DNA from: Octopus vulgaris
Taxonomy: Eukaryota
Assembly: GCA_951406725.2 (NCBI GenBank)
Contig: OX597820.1
Coordinates: 57,970,001-58,034,000, forward strand
Direction of reading: 5' to 3'
DNA: 64,000 nt
Program-made: the position numbers and the translations under genes
Shown here: positions 39,515 through 52,700 of the stretch, in pieces
Position numbering within the stretch: the first letter of the stretch is position 1
Layout of the letters: every line of letters starts with the position of its first letter
The notes under the pieces: generated by a model
Told to the model about the DNA's origin: nothing
Databases searched by the model: none
Seen by the model: only the letters and a program-made list of their open reading frames with translations

Positions 39515-39709
39515 ATATATATATATATATATACATATATATATACATATATATATACACACATATATATACATATACACACATATATATATACACATAT
39601 ATATATACATATATATACATATATATATATATATACATGTATATATATACATGTATATATATACATATATATTATATATACATATATATACACACATATA
39701 TATATACAT

Positions 39710-39741
<32 letters not shown>

Positions 39742-39754
39742 CATATATATATAC

Positions 39755-39800
<46 letters not shown>

Positions 39801-39820
39801 GAATACACATACACACACAA
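39405..39820. repeat. Long degenerate (TA)n/(CA)n tract
   Basis: About 400 bp of alternating purine-pyrimidine sequence. Confidence 0.97.
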
Positions 39821-40514
39821 ACGAATGTAACGCACATAGTCTCCTTTAAGAGCAGTTTTATTTATTTATTTACTTTATTCTGTCCTTTGATGTGATAGTT
39901 TTATTTAAGTAGTAGCAGTACAGCAAAACCCTTTACGTAATGTAATAGCTGGTTAATGGAACCTTTACCACACCCTGCGAAAACAGAAACAAATAAATAA
40001 AGCAGAAAGAAAGAATGAATGAATGACGGAATGAAAGGAAGAATTAGAAGAAAAGCAAAACGAAAAATATTTCCCGAGGGACGACTCTACGTTTTGAACC
40101 CCAAGTTTTAAGGTTATTTAGTATTAGGATATTCTGTGTAGTCTACATGAAGTAAGTAATACACATGCAATGTTGTACATCAACTTAGAGGTCCTACCGT
40201 CACAACTGCAGTAGTGGCGTTTATAATTCGCTGAGAATGTTAAATAATACTGAATCATGCATGGAGTGGTCTCCCTTGTTTGTAAAATTTTCAAATTAAT
40301 ATTAGTCGTTAAGTAAATCTTATATTTTCCTTTCCTTTTTTATTTATTTTTTTTTTTAGCGGGGGGCACTGCTTAAGTATTTCTTTCTATGTATTTAATA
40401 CTCTCCGCATTAAACATAGAAATGCCAACTTAAATATTGCTTTTCATGTGCACAATGTCTGTGAGTAATGAATTCTTGTGATTAGTTTATTTGTTTAATT
40501 CTGAATTTATAATA

Positions 40515-40909
40515 CTAGCAGTATCGCCCGGCGTTGCTCGGGTTTGTAAGGGAAATAACTATATAAGCATTTTTAGAGAGTTATAGCCAAAAAATAGCAA
40601 AAAAATGCATTAAAAATGGAAAAAAATGATGGTAAATTTTTTTAAAATCGTTGACTCATCGTAGACATTTTTAGAGAGTTACTTCCCTTATATAATAGCG
40701 AAAAAAATACATTAAAATGGAAAAAAATGATGGTAATTTTTTTTTAATTGTAGACTCATCGTAGACGCGCGCTAATACCCAGAAGGGCTCGATATGAATC
40801 ACGACTATAAGATATCCGGTTTTGGTTAAACTGCACCGCAAAATGTGGGAGTAGTTAGGAATCTAAATCGTAGGAGACAGACACACAACTTCACTTTTAT
40901 ATATAAAGA
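40515..40909 (-). mobile_element. Complete 395-bp non-autonomous Helitron-type element
   Basis: On the minus strand: A|TCTTTATATATAAAAG ... ACCCGAGCAACGCCGGGCGATACTGCTAG|T, i.e. 5' TC, subterminal hairpin, 3' CTAG, inserted in AT without a TSD; internal direct repeats. Confidence 0.9.
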
Positions 40910-40981
40910 TTAACTATAGAAATATTATTATTTCTAAGTCTCTCTAAAGGAGACTACGGCAGCGCTACTGGATATTAATAT

Positions 40982-41123
40982 TTATCGCCAAGCTAATATG
41001 GCAGTCCAGAAATATAGGACGAATACTGCCGTTGATTAGCTCCAAGAGGTCATCGCCTCTTGGAGCTAATCAACGGCTGCATTCGTCCTATATTTCTGGA
41101 CAGCAATATTAGCTTGGCGATAA
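40982..41123. repeat. Hairpin with 68-bp arms (64 of 68 matching) and a 6-nt loop
   Basis: TTATCGCCAAGCTAATAT...TAGCTCCAAGAGG-tcatcg-CCTCTTGGAGCTA...ATATTAGCTTGGCGATAA. Confidence 0.95.
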
Positions 41124-42369
41124 CTAAAATTAACTAGTTACGTTAGAAATCATACCAGTATTCATTTATATTCTTGTTGCTTGCTGTTAGGGTATAACAA
41201 AACAAGAAACCCTGTTACCAGAGTGGAATATAGCAATTGTTGTTGTTGTTTATCCCCATATCATGATCTGATAGAGCAGATCTATGATTCAGATATTCCA
41301 GCTGTGACCAACCCACAGAGTTTTGAGGGATATGTATGATGTTTACATAATACATTGCATCATTGACTTATTTGAAATGTGATATGTGGAAGATTTTTGT
41401 ATTTTTTTCTATCAGGTCCAGCAAAATATTGCGTTTTCTAGAGTGGGACGTCACCTTTTCCTTTCTTTTTCTTTTAAGATTAAATCAGCTGTAAGAGTTA
41501 ATTTTCCTGGCCTTCTCTGTGACTGATGAGATTAGCTCGGTTGATGTTCAAATCTGCATGGTGTATACTGGAAAATTATAAAAGAGAAGGAAATTTCAGA
41601 AGCTTGAAATTGTAGATAAAAAATATTAAGTTATTATGGCTGGTTAGTGAGGAAATATAAGGGAGCGAGAGTAGGAAAGCGATACTAAATACATGTTTAT
41701 TAAACATTCAAATATAACTCCGGTTACATATTTATTCAGTACTTGACTGCTAATTTATTCTATCGTCTCTAGAAGGATTAAATATAAAAGACATAGTCGA
41801 CCCCCAACGGGATTTCTACTCGGAGCGTAAAAACAGCGTATCTGAATTGCTGCAAGGCATTTTTATCCGTTGTTATTCAGATTCTGTTATAGCATGGCTT
41901 CGTTACTGCGACTAGTTATTGCAGAATATTTAGTTCAACGTTACACAACATCTGCAGTGGTATTAGTTACGTATTAGCGTGTAAACTATTTTAAACAATT
42001 TTTGGTTTTATATATCGTTAATAAATACCCTGGCTACTTTCCGTTAAATATTGAAGTTTATAATTGAATTAACATGAGTAAAGCTAATTCAATTTCTAAT
42101 AGAAATTGCGCAATCATAGTTTCTTTTGTTTAGGTGAACTACGTAGAACAAATAGGAAATAGCAAACTATTAGGGAGTCGAATCAGGGGTAGAGCTTTCT
42201 ATATCCGGATGCAACAATTTCCTTTAATAATGCCCTTGGGAAAAGGTTTACTTTCAACAACTTACTATTTACCTTTCTTTCATAAATCAGAACCTCTGTA
42301 CGCAGTTGAATTTTTTTTTTAATATTGCATTCAAGTTAAATTGGAATTAATATATATGGAACACTGAAA

Positions 42370-42912
42370 AGTGATATTTGGAGTAGTTGGTTCTGAGAGC
42401 TTGTTCTTGAGTGCTGCACACTAATGCCTCAGTGAGCCCTTTTTAAGTCTCCTTTCTGCAGCCATTGCTAGTTTCTATTCCAATCAATCCTATCTTTATT
42501 CTTCAAGAACTGGCTGTACATTTTCTTGTCCTGCCAAATTTTCTTCATCTGCTCTCTGGTCTTAAATTGTGTTGGATCTACAGCTTCGTTCACTTTTAAG
42601 GTTCGCTGCATTTTAACTTCTCCAATCATTTCCTCCTTACGTCCCTTGACATACCAAGCCAGGCTATTCTCCTCTTCCCTTACACAACCTTCACAACTCA
42701 ACAATCCCTGTCCTCCTTTCCTCATTACATACAATCGTGACACATCACTCTTGAGGTGTAGTTCCTTGTTCATTGTCATTAATTTACGTGTTCTCCGGTC
42801 TATCTCTTGTAATTCTTGCTTCTTCAAAGATACTATTCCTGCCCCATATTTCATCAAAGCAACTGCTCACGTGTTAATTGCTCTAATCTTATAATGGCCA
42901 TTTAGCTTCGAT
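42370..42912 (-). mobile_element. R4/Dong-like LINE fragment (post-RT region)
   Basis: KYGAGIVSLKKQELQEIDRRTRKLMTMNKELHLKSDVSRLYVMRKGGQGL, then WLQKGDLK and QEQALRTNY remnants. Confidence 0.88.
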
Positions 42913-42927
42913 TGTTATTATTATTAC

Positions 42928-43012
<85 letters not shown>

Positions 43013-43022
43013 TATTATTATT
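42913..43022. repeat. (TTA)n microsatellite
   Basis: Direct reading; second tract at 43528-43592. Confidence 0.98.
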
Positions 43023-43525
43023 CATTGTCTTTGCATAGAGTACGCTGGAGATGTACTATGGTACCAGCTGTTTACTACCAGTGAACTAAGGTAACACCCC
43101 TTATTTTGGGGAGCACCATTCGGAATATTCGAGCAGTTCCAAACAATGTTGTTTTCTTCAAGTTCTCCACCCTTATTGCAGCTCCTATTTATTCCATGTA
43201 CTTCTCAAAACTTTTCTCACTGTTCCCAGGGCTCCGACAATTACTGGCACTACTACCAGCTTTTTCAGCGACACCGACTGCTTAATCTCCCACGTTAACC
43301 TCTCATATCTTTAATCTATCGACTTTTCTTTATTTCATATCGCATACCTTATTGTCAGCTAGGCGTGCTATATCTATGATCTAGCATCATTACTTTCTTT
43401 CTCAATTAACACTATGCCTGGTTTCCTATTCTCTCTCTCATGGTCTCACTGAATCATAAAATCCCATAGGATTATCATTTTCAATGATGCCTTCGGGTTT
43501 ATAAGTTCCTACCACATTTTTGCTC

Positions 43526-43527
<2 letters not shown>
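43023..43527 (-). mobile_element. R4/Dong-like LINE 3' end (RLE domain and 3' UTR)
   Basis: ILWDFMIQ*DHERENRKPGIVLI, IIDIA, VVVPVIVGALGTV and TLFGTARIFRMVL, then a short UTR running into (TAA)n. Confidence 0.88.
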
Positions 43528-43593
<66 letters not shown>

Positions 43594-44349
43594 TTCGATT
43601 ATAGCAGAGGGGAAAACAAACAGTTCTTGTCACAAAATATTATCGTATTATTCGGTGTTCGATAGAAATATCATTAATGCAAAATGGTTTACCTAAAGAA
43701 GTAAAAATAGCGCGAAGTAATGTTTTTGTGTGCATGCAAGTTTGATCTTTGTAAATAAAAGTTTTATTTATACTGTCACTTGTTCCGAGCTTTCCACATA
43801 AGCATATCCGGGATGTTTGAATATGCTAGGTAAAATCTGGGGAATTATTGCCTCACATAGAAATAAGTAGGCGTTGGCGACAGGGAAGACATCCGGCCGT
43901 AAAAAAACTCTACTCCAATATGCTCTCCTTTGGCACTTGCAAGCAAGAAAAATTGACGTTAAAACACTGATGATGGCGATGATGATACATAATTTACGTA
44001 ATTATGTGTGTGTGTGTATTATTTTTGTGTGAAGTTATGTGTGTATGAATGCATTAAAAACCCCCATCGTTCATGAATGACCATGGAATTGCACCAAGAA
44101 AGTTCCCCTCAGAGGCACAAGTCCGGGAAAGATTGTATATGGAACACCACCGATGTCGTCCAAGGAAAAGGCCGATATAGCTTGGTACTAGTGACGTTAC
44201 AGTTCATTTCTACAACTGAGTGAACTGGAGCAATGTGAAATAAAATGTCTTAACTCAAGAACATAACACACAGCCTGGTCCGCGAATTGAACTCATAATT
44301 ATGAGCCCAGCGCTCTAAACACTGAGCCATATGCCTTCGCATATATATA

Positions 44350-45095
44350 GGCGTAGGAGTGGCGTATATAGGCGTAAGTAGCTTGCTTACGAACTATATG
44401 GTTCCGGGTTCAGCCCCACTGCGTGGCACCTGGGGCAAGTGTCTTCTACTATAGCCTCGGACCGACCAAAGCCTTGTGAGTGGATTTGGTGGAGGGAAAC
44501 TAAAGAAACCCGTCTTTTATATGTATATATCACCGTGAGCACCGTGACTGACCAGGCTATCAGATGTTGCTACAAATCGGTGGTCACAATGCGCTTCGCA
44601 TTGTTTTAGCTTTCAAATGACGCCACCCTGCTGGCTAAGCGAGCAGGCCAACAGAAGATAGAGTGAGAGAATGTTGTGGCGAAAGAGTACAGCAGGGATC
44701 GCCACCACCCCCTGCCGGAGCCTCGTGGAGCTTTAGGTGTTTTTCGCTCAATAAACACTCACAACGCCCGCTATGGGAATCGAAACCGCGATCCTACGAC
44801 CGCGAGTCCACTGCCCAAACCACTGGGCCATTGCACCTCCACATATGTATATATATGTATGTATATGTATATGCTTGTGTGTCTGCGTTTGTTTTTGTCC
44901 CTCCAACGTCGCTTGACAACCGATGCTGGTATGTTTACGTCCCCGTAACTGAGCGGTTCGGCAAAAGAGACCGATAGAATAAGTACTGGGTTTACAAAGA
45001 ATAAGTCCTGGGGTCGACTTGCTCGACTAAAGGTGGTGCCCCAGCATGGCCACAGTCAAATGACTGAAATAAGTAAAAGAGTAAAAGAGTAAGAG
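44350..45095 (+). mobile_element. SINE family B with a full family C SINE (44530-44841, minus) nested in its internal (TA)n
   Basis: GGCGTAGGAGTGGC head to about 44515, nested element, then family B tail ending GTAAAAGAGTAAAAGAG. Confidence 0.9.
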
Positions 45096-45102
45096 AATAT
45101 AT

Positions 45103-45507
45103 ACTCTTTTACTCTTTTACTTGTTTCAGTCATTTGACTGCGGCCATGCTGGAGCACCGCCTTTAATCGAGCAACTCGACCCCGGGACTTATTCTTTTGT
45201 ACGCCCAGTACTTATTCTATCGGTCTCTTTTGCCGAACCGCTAAGTAACTGGGACATAAACACACCAGCATCGGTTGTCAAGCAATGCTAGGGGACAAAC
45301 ACAGACACACAAACACACACACGCATATATATATATATACATATATACGACGGGCTTCTTTCAGTTTCCGTCTACCAAATCCACACACAAGGCTTTGGTC
45401 GGACCGAGGCTATAGTAGAAGACACTTGCCCAAGGTGCCACGCAGTGGGACTGAACCCGGAACCATGTGGTTGGTAGACAAGCTACTTACCACACAGCCA
45501 CTCCTGA
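45103..45507 (-). mobile_element. SINE family B, tail-to-tail with the preceding copy
   Basis: CTCTTTTTACTCTTTTACTTGTTTCAGTCATTTGAC ... CACACAGCCACTCCT. Confidence 0.92.
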
Positions 45508-46202
45508 TATAAACAGTCGATGAAAAGAAAACGAAAATATAAAATTGCTGAGAATATTAGATATAAGTTCGCGGAAACAAAAGAAATTAATGGAAACCAC
45601 TTACGTTGGAGTAAACATCATATATAAGTTTAAAATCTAAGCCAATAAAGACATGATGTAAATCGATGAAAATAAAACAAAATGGATGAAAATAAAACAA
45701 AATGGATGAAAATAACACATAACATCAATGATTACAACATATAAAGTTGATGATAACAATTTATTAATCGATGAAAACAAAATATATGATGGCAGAGATA
45801 ACGTATTTAGGTGAAAATTAACGTATAAATAACATTATTATATTGGAGAGAAATATTTTATTAAGCTCACAGTTCTATATATTGCTAATATAGAACTTTT
45901 TGCTCTCCACTTAAAGTTTGAATTTATAATTAAATTTACACCAGGGAAACTTAATTCTGCTGTTAATAAAATTTATGCAGCTAGAACTAATGGTATTAAT
46001 ATATTTATTGACTTTTTTTTCATTCTTTTGTTTATCCATAATTAATATTAGATTCGTATACGAGTTCCTAATACAGGTTCAAACTGGGATCCTAATATAT
46101 TAGCTATTTTCAACGGCAATTTTAATGAACATTCACACACATTATTAGCATTGTCTTGCCATAGTCAAGGCTGACTTGTAGTGAACCTGTTTATGTTTAC
46201 AG

Positions 46203-46303
46203 CATTTTCAGAGATATCTACATGGTTTTCAGAGAAAGATTATACTTTACTAAGTAACCATCAACTTCGGAAAGGAGCTCCTGAACTCGTTTTGACAACC
46301 TGA
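46203..46303 (+). CDS. Candidate terminal coding exon
   Basis: CTGAC branch-like site at 46171, acceptor CTGTTTATGTTTACAG, open frame FSEISTWFSEKDYTLLSNHQLRKGAPELVLTT*; no family recognised. Confidence 0.22.
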
Positions 46304-46565
46304 CAGAGCACTCGTTAGTTTTATAGTGACCCCACTGCGTACATTTGAAAATTTTATATTACACTCTGGCACCTTAATATAGGCAAGATCAAGATGCAAC
46401 GGACTAGTGAGAAGCAGGTGCATCTTGGACATCGCTACTACATGCTATCGTTGAAGGAAAACGAACCGTCGTTAGTTTTCGTTTGCTGTCTGATGCTATT
46501 ACTAGCTACAAACATTCTGAAATTGTACACAAACGAGATTCTACTATTAAGCATTGCGCAAATAG

Positions 46566-46567
<2 letters not shown>

Positions 46568-46616
<49 letters not shown>

Positions 46617-46698
46617 TATCATCATCATCATCATCATCATCTTCTTCTTCTTCTCCTTCTTCTTCTTCTTCTTCTTCTTCTTCTTCTTCTTCTTCTTC

Positions 46699-46734
<36 letters not shown>

Positions 46735-46990
46735 GTCTTCGTCTCTTCTTGCACTTCTTCCTCTTCCCTTCATGTTTCTCTCCTTCTCCCCTTTTCCTTC
46801 TCTACTCCTTCTCTTACGTGGTCTTCTTCTTTTTCTTCTTCTTCTTCTTCTCCTACTCCTACAGCTTTTGGTCTCCCCTCCTTCTTCTCCTCGTTCTTCT
46901 CGTTCTTCTCGCCTTCTTTGTTTTCTCCTCCCTCCCCTCCTCTCCCCCTCCACCGCTTTTTTTCGCCTCCATCTTTTTTTCTCTCTCTTT
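46568..46990. repeat. (ATC)n(TTC)n compound microsatellite and pyrimidine-rich tract
   Basis: Direct reading; explains the poly-S and poly-D/E ORFs. Confidence 0.95.
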
Positions 46991-47524
46991 TTAGACCCAG
47001 TTGATTATCGCTTGGCTACACTAAAACATACATATTGTACTACATACAGCGCTATTGATTATCAATTCTAACAAAACACCCTTTATCTTCCCACTTGCTA
47101 AGCACTGCTAGCATCTTTTTAAAAAAAGAATTAGAAAAACACATAAACACACTCACCAAAAAAAAATAATAATAACAGCATAAAGCAAGGCTTAAATCTC
47201 TCTGAACGAAAGAAAGAAGAGAAAAAAAATCGCATAAAGGCCAAAGCTAAAACGAAGAACTCTACCGGTATAGATACAGCTCTAGGTTTTCAAAGGTTTA
47301 TAAACTAAATGACTACCATATGCCTCGTCATGAACTAACAAAACTTAACCAAATTTATCGCAACGCTTGACGCGCCTCGATAGAAATGTCTCGTCCTTTA
47401 ACACCATATGTTATTTTTCGCAGACTTCTTGAATTTTATACTTTAGATATATAACTAACCTGCTTTTTATTCTTCCTTGTTCACTCATACATACATACAT
47501 ACATACATACATACATACATACAT

Positions 47525-47756
47525 ACTCTCTTTTACTTGTCTCAGTCATTTGATTGTGGCCATGCTGGAGCACTGCCTTTAGTCGAGCAAATGGACCCCA
47601 AGAATTATTCTTTGTAAGTCTATCGGTCTCTTTTGCTAAGTTACGGAGACGTAAACACACCAGCATCGGTTGTCAAGCAATGTTGGGGGGACAAACACAG
47701 ACACACAAACGTATACACACACACACACACACACATACACACACATACACACGCAC

Positions 47757-47822
<66 letters not shown>

Positions 47823-48000
47823 ACATACATATATACGACAGGCTTCTTTCAGTTTCCGTCTACCAAATTCACTCACAAGGCTTCGGTCGGCCCGAGGCTA
47901 TAGTAGAAGACACTTGCCCAAGGTGCCACGCAGTGGGACTGAACCCTGAACCATATGGTTCGTAAGCAAGCTACTTACCACACAGTCACTCCTACGCCTA
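47525..48000 (-). mobile_element. SINE family B
   Basis: Tail, (CA)n(TA)n middle and head ending CACTCCTACGCC. Confidence 0.9.
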
Positions 48001-48004
48001 TGTG

Positions 48005-48560
48005 TATGTATGTACGTATTTTTTGCCAACAGAGAAAGAGCCGGTTTCTAACCTAGATCCAAGTTTTCTTCATTGGAATCTCAACAACAGCAGCAGGATA
48101 CTTTTGTATGTATGCATTTATACGTACATATTTGTATGTTTTGCTTCATGTATGTATTCTCATGCATACAGTTGCATATCTAGACATGCTCATGTATACT
48201 TAAATGATAAAATTCAGGGAAGTTTCACCGAATTTTTTCAGTTTCTGTATGTATGTATGTCATTGTTCAGTTTTATTTCAAGATGTCTTGCCAATAGAGA
48301 AAGAGCCGGTTTTTAAGATAGACACAAGGCTCCTTCCTTGGAATTTCAACATCAACAACAGGGCATTTTTGTATGTATGTATGTATGTATGTATGTATGT
48401 ATGTATGTATGTATGTATGTATGTATGTATGTATGTATATGTGCATCTTTGTATGTTTTGCTTTGTGTATGTATTCTCACTCATATAGTTGCATAGTTAG
48501 AAATGCTCTTATATATTTAAATGATAAACTTCTGGTAAGTTTTACAGATCTTTACGGCTC
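48005..48560. repeat. Diverged tandem duplication (about 265-bp period) with internal (TATG)n
   Basis: TTGCCAA(C/T)AGAGAAAGAGCCGGTTT at 48023 and 48288; TAAATGATAAA in both copies. Confidence 0.85.
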
Positions 48561-48710
48561 CATTGTTGGATTGGATGTATGTAGTGGGTTCCTTCGAGTC
48601 TTTCATTCGTAGTAAACTTTGTTGCGAAGTCTACACCATCATCATCATCATCATCATCATCACCCTCATCGTCGTCATTGTCATCGTTATCATCAGAAAG
48701 TGTAGTAATA

Positions 48711-49383
48711 TTGGCTTCAAATTTTCACACAAGGTCAGCAATTTCGTGGGACGGGATAACTCGATTGCTGATTCTTATTTTATTGACCTCCTAACGGATG
48801 AACGGCAAATTCGATCATGGCGACATTTGGACTCAGAAAGAAAGACAGACGAAATGGTGCTAAACTGTGTACCCGGCGTATTAAGGATTCTGTAAGATTG
48901 CCGTCTTATAACTAGTAGTAATATTAGTAGTTCAATAAAAGCAGTGAGTTGGCAGGATCGTTAACAGGCAGGGCAAACTGCCTAGTGGCATTTCATCTGT
49001 CTTTACGTTCAAATTCCTTCGAGGTCGACCTTGCATTTTATCGTTTCGGAGTCGATGAAATAAGTATCAGTTTGAGTATTGGGGTCGATGTAATCGACCT
49101 ACCCTGCTGTCGTGATATTTCTGACATTAGTTGCTTAGCATCACCAATACCTATTTCTTTACTACCCACAAGGGGCTAAACACAGAGGGGACAAACAAGG
49201 ACAGACAAACGGATTAAGTCGATTATATTGACCCCAGTGCGTAACTGGTACTTAATTTATCGACCCCGAAAGGATGAAAGGCAAAGTCGACCTCGGTGGA
49301 ATTTGAACTCAGAACGTAGCGACAGACGAAATACAACTGCTAAGCATTTCGCCCGGCGCGCTAACGATTCTGCCAGCTCGCCG
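48711..49383. mobile_element. Three SINE family A copies (48711-48905 minus, 48940-49100 plus, 49147-49383 minus)
   Basis: Family head and core motifs; the last copy is the least diverged. Confidence 0.82.
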
Positions 49384-49403
49384 TGATGCTCGCCTAGCAT
49401 CAC

Positions 49404-49612
49404 CAATACCAACAACAACCTCAGCAGCCACAACAACAGCAGCAGCAGCAGCCACAACAACAACAGCAGCAGTCACAACAACAGCAGCAGCAGCCACAAG
49501 AACTACAGCAGCCACAACAATAACAGCAGCAGCCACAACAACAACAACAGCAGCCACAACATTAAAAGCAGCAGACACAACAACAGCGACGGCGGCAGCA
49601 GCAGCAGCAGCC
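49404..49612. repeat. (CAA/CAG)n degenerate triplet tract
   Basis: Direct reading; a (TAG)n tract follows at 49864-49930. Confidence 0.92.
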
Positions 49613-49864
49613 GTTCAAGAATTTGGACCTGGAGATCTCCATTTCCAGCAACTTCGAGGGCCACCTCCCGGTGGTGTTGGGCGTCAACGAAGAGCCCTCA
49701 ACTACAACAAGATGACCAAAGTTTTTTTTTCCAAGGTCTGGGCTCTCCCGCCCCTAAGCCCTAGACCATCACCTAATCACCCTTACCCGTCTTGTTGCTT
49801 AACAACAACAAAAACTACAGAAGCAGCATCAGTGGTGGTGTTGCTTCTGGTGCTGGTGTTTGCT

Positions 49865-49930
<66 letters not shown>

Positions 49931-51154
49931 TCAGCAGCAGTAGTAGCATTAGTAGTAGTTTACACAGCTATTTCACTAAAGTTTTAAACGCGAAATGACA
50001 TTATTACTTTCTCTATTCAAATGAGCAATGAAATATCTGGAAATATTTCGAAGATCGCCAAATGGATAATATGTTCAAAAATTAATATTCAGAAAGCACG
50101 CCATTCATATTCTATCACCAAGGTTGACTTTGCATTTATCCTTTGCGAGATTGATGCAAAGCACAAGGCACAAGGCACACAAAATAATCGGTTGAAACCT
50201 TTGAAGGCTGTGACCCAATATGGCCGCAAGCCAATGGCTACAATCATGCTTACATATGACCATTTACTTATTTTCTTTTAGTTTTAGGGATAACCTGGTT
50301 TTATGCGTTGTACTCTACCGTTACACAACTATGAACAGAGATGCTTCCTCCTACATATATCTTTAAGAACGAAGTGTAACGAAATTTTCGAATAAAAACT
50401 GACAAAATAATGCTTCCAATTACAGTAAAGTTTGAAGTAAAGAAATCAGGAATAAAATTTGAACGGCTGGCAATATATATTCCAACTTTAAAACATTGCA
50501 GAATTCTGATAATAACGTAAACCCTATGTTTAACATTTTCGAAAAATGTAAACATTTCGACAAGCACTTTCTACGTAAGTGAAAACAACTGTAACTACCA
50601 AAAGGCTTACCAACACAATCTTTACATAATATAGGACATTTCGTTTCCCTTTCCTACACATTAACTGATATACGCAACAGAACTAGGAATATATACGTTT
50701 CTGTGTTCTATGGTTAACATTTACTAGCTGATTGTACTTCAACTTAAACACTATCTTTATTCTCTTTATCAGTTTACACCTGTTTCAGCTTCTTTCCTTA
50801 CGTAACATTTTCCCATTTAAGTATAATTCATCTTGTTTTATTTATTTAACATTTTCTCTCGCATTTCATTTTTTATTTGTTTTTTTTTATGTACACATAA
50901 AGGAAAATAAATTATTTTTGTCCATCAAGATTATTTCCTATGCAACTGTCATCGCATACAATGCTTCAATCGCAAAATTGTTTTTCAAAGTTTTTACACT
51001 GTGGTAAGATTTAAAACTAATATCGAGTACACAATCTCAGCTGGATAAATATATAATTAACCACTAATGGAGACATGAAACTCGTAGTAACAAACTTATA
51101 CGCAATATCATTTATTTCTTTATGGATATATATCTATCTATCTATCTATCTCTT

Positions 51155-51242
<88 letters not shown>

Positions 51243-51893
51243 CATATATATATGCGCGCGTGTGTGTGTGTGTGTGCGTGCGTGTGTGTTTGTGTATGCA
51301 TACACATATGTAATTAACCTCAAATTATGGCATGAAACACGGAATAGCTAACCATTAGTGAATATAGGCAGACAGATAGATATAGATTTATATACATATA
51401 CATACACACACACACACACATACACACACACACACATATATATATATGTATTTATGTATGTATGTATGTATGTATGTATTTAGATTGATAGAGAGAGAAA
51501 AAGAGAGAGAGGGAGCTAGAGAAAGAGAGAGAAAGAATAAGACATTGGTGGAAGATTTTGTTTTAGGAGACAATTATCTCAAATTCTCAGTCTATTGTGA
51601 TTAAGCGCGTAAATGATTTTGGTGCTTAAAATAGGAAAATATGCCATCTACTAATCAGAAAGTTACGTGATATAGGTACATCAAGAAAAGTATGAAGGTT
51701 CTTTGTATTATGGTATATAGACAGAACAGGATATATGTAACTATTACTATATATAAATGCCTTGTTTACACTAATTAAGATATGTCTTTTCATGAATGTC
51801 ATGTTATAGCACACCTCCACCCACACGTACCGACACACGCATTCCCCAACATACTAATCCACACACTTATGTACGTGTATATGAGTATGTGTT

Positions 51894-51950
<57 letters not shown>

Positions 51951-52438
51951 TTTATGAATATATGTATGTACATGCCTCTGTGTGTGCGTGTTGTAACGCA
52001 GTGTGGAGGTACTAATCTTGTGTTTGTTGTTATATATTTGATCATAATGTTGTTGCTATTATTATTAGTTTTTGTTTTAATCCCCGAATCTGGCTTAATT
52101 GAGCCAACCTGTGATTAAGGGCATTCCTTACATACCCGCCTTTTCACGAATATATCTTGATCAATATCATCTGATGTAGCTCCTTACCTTTTTTAGACTG
52201 TTGGATGGGATTTAAGGCTCATTCGCCGATTGGCTACTATTTTGCGCTTTTGTAGAGCAACTGTGATGCGACTCCGTACCTGCCTCGTTGTTGCTATGGT
52301 TACTTGTGATTATTGTAAGCAGTTTTAGAGAATTGCAATACATACATACATATGTATATATATATGTATATATGTATGTATGTATAGATATATATATATA
52401 TGTATGTATGTATGTATAGATATATATATGTATGTATG

Positions 52439-52516
<78 letters not shown>

Positions 52517-52610
52517 ATTCAAACATGAACAATGAGAAAATACAACAAAGCGAGGACGTGGAACAAGTATATTGTTAGTGGACGCTCGGGAAAGGAAAGA
52601 AAGAAGGAGG

Positions 52611-52645
52611 ATTTAACGTTTCGAGCGGAGATCTTCGTCAGAAAC
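52611..52645 (-). ncRNA. Minimal type-I hammerhead ribozyme motif within a (TA)n-embedded insert (52513-52702)
   Basis: Minus strand GTTT-CTGACGA-A-GATC-TCC-GCTC-GAAAC-GTT-AAAT: intact core, palindromic ACGT stem III, short stem I, one mismatch in stem II. Confidence 0.7.
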
Positions 52646-52700
52646 ATAGAAAAAGGAAAGGTCCCAAAGGAGGGAAGACGGAGAAAGAAAATCGCCAACG

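Noticed and set aside
39388-39849. YIYI/CVCV/THTH-type ORFs here and throughout the window
   Set aside because: Translations of dinucleotide and tetranucleotide repeats that lack stop codons.
46394-47071. 225-aa poly-Ser ORF and opposite-strand poly-Asp/Glu ORF
   Set aside because: Length is produced by (ATC)n(TTC)n microsatellites; no domain-like sequence.
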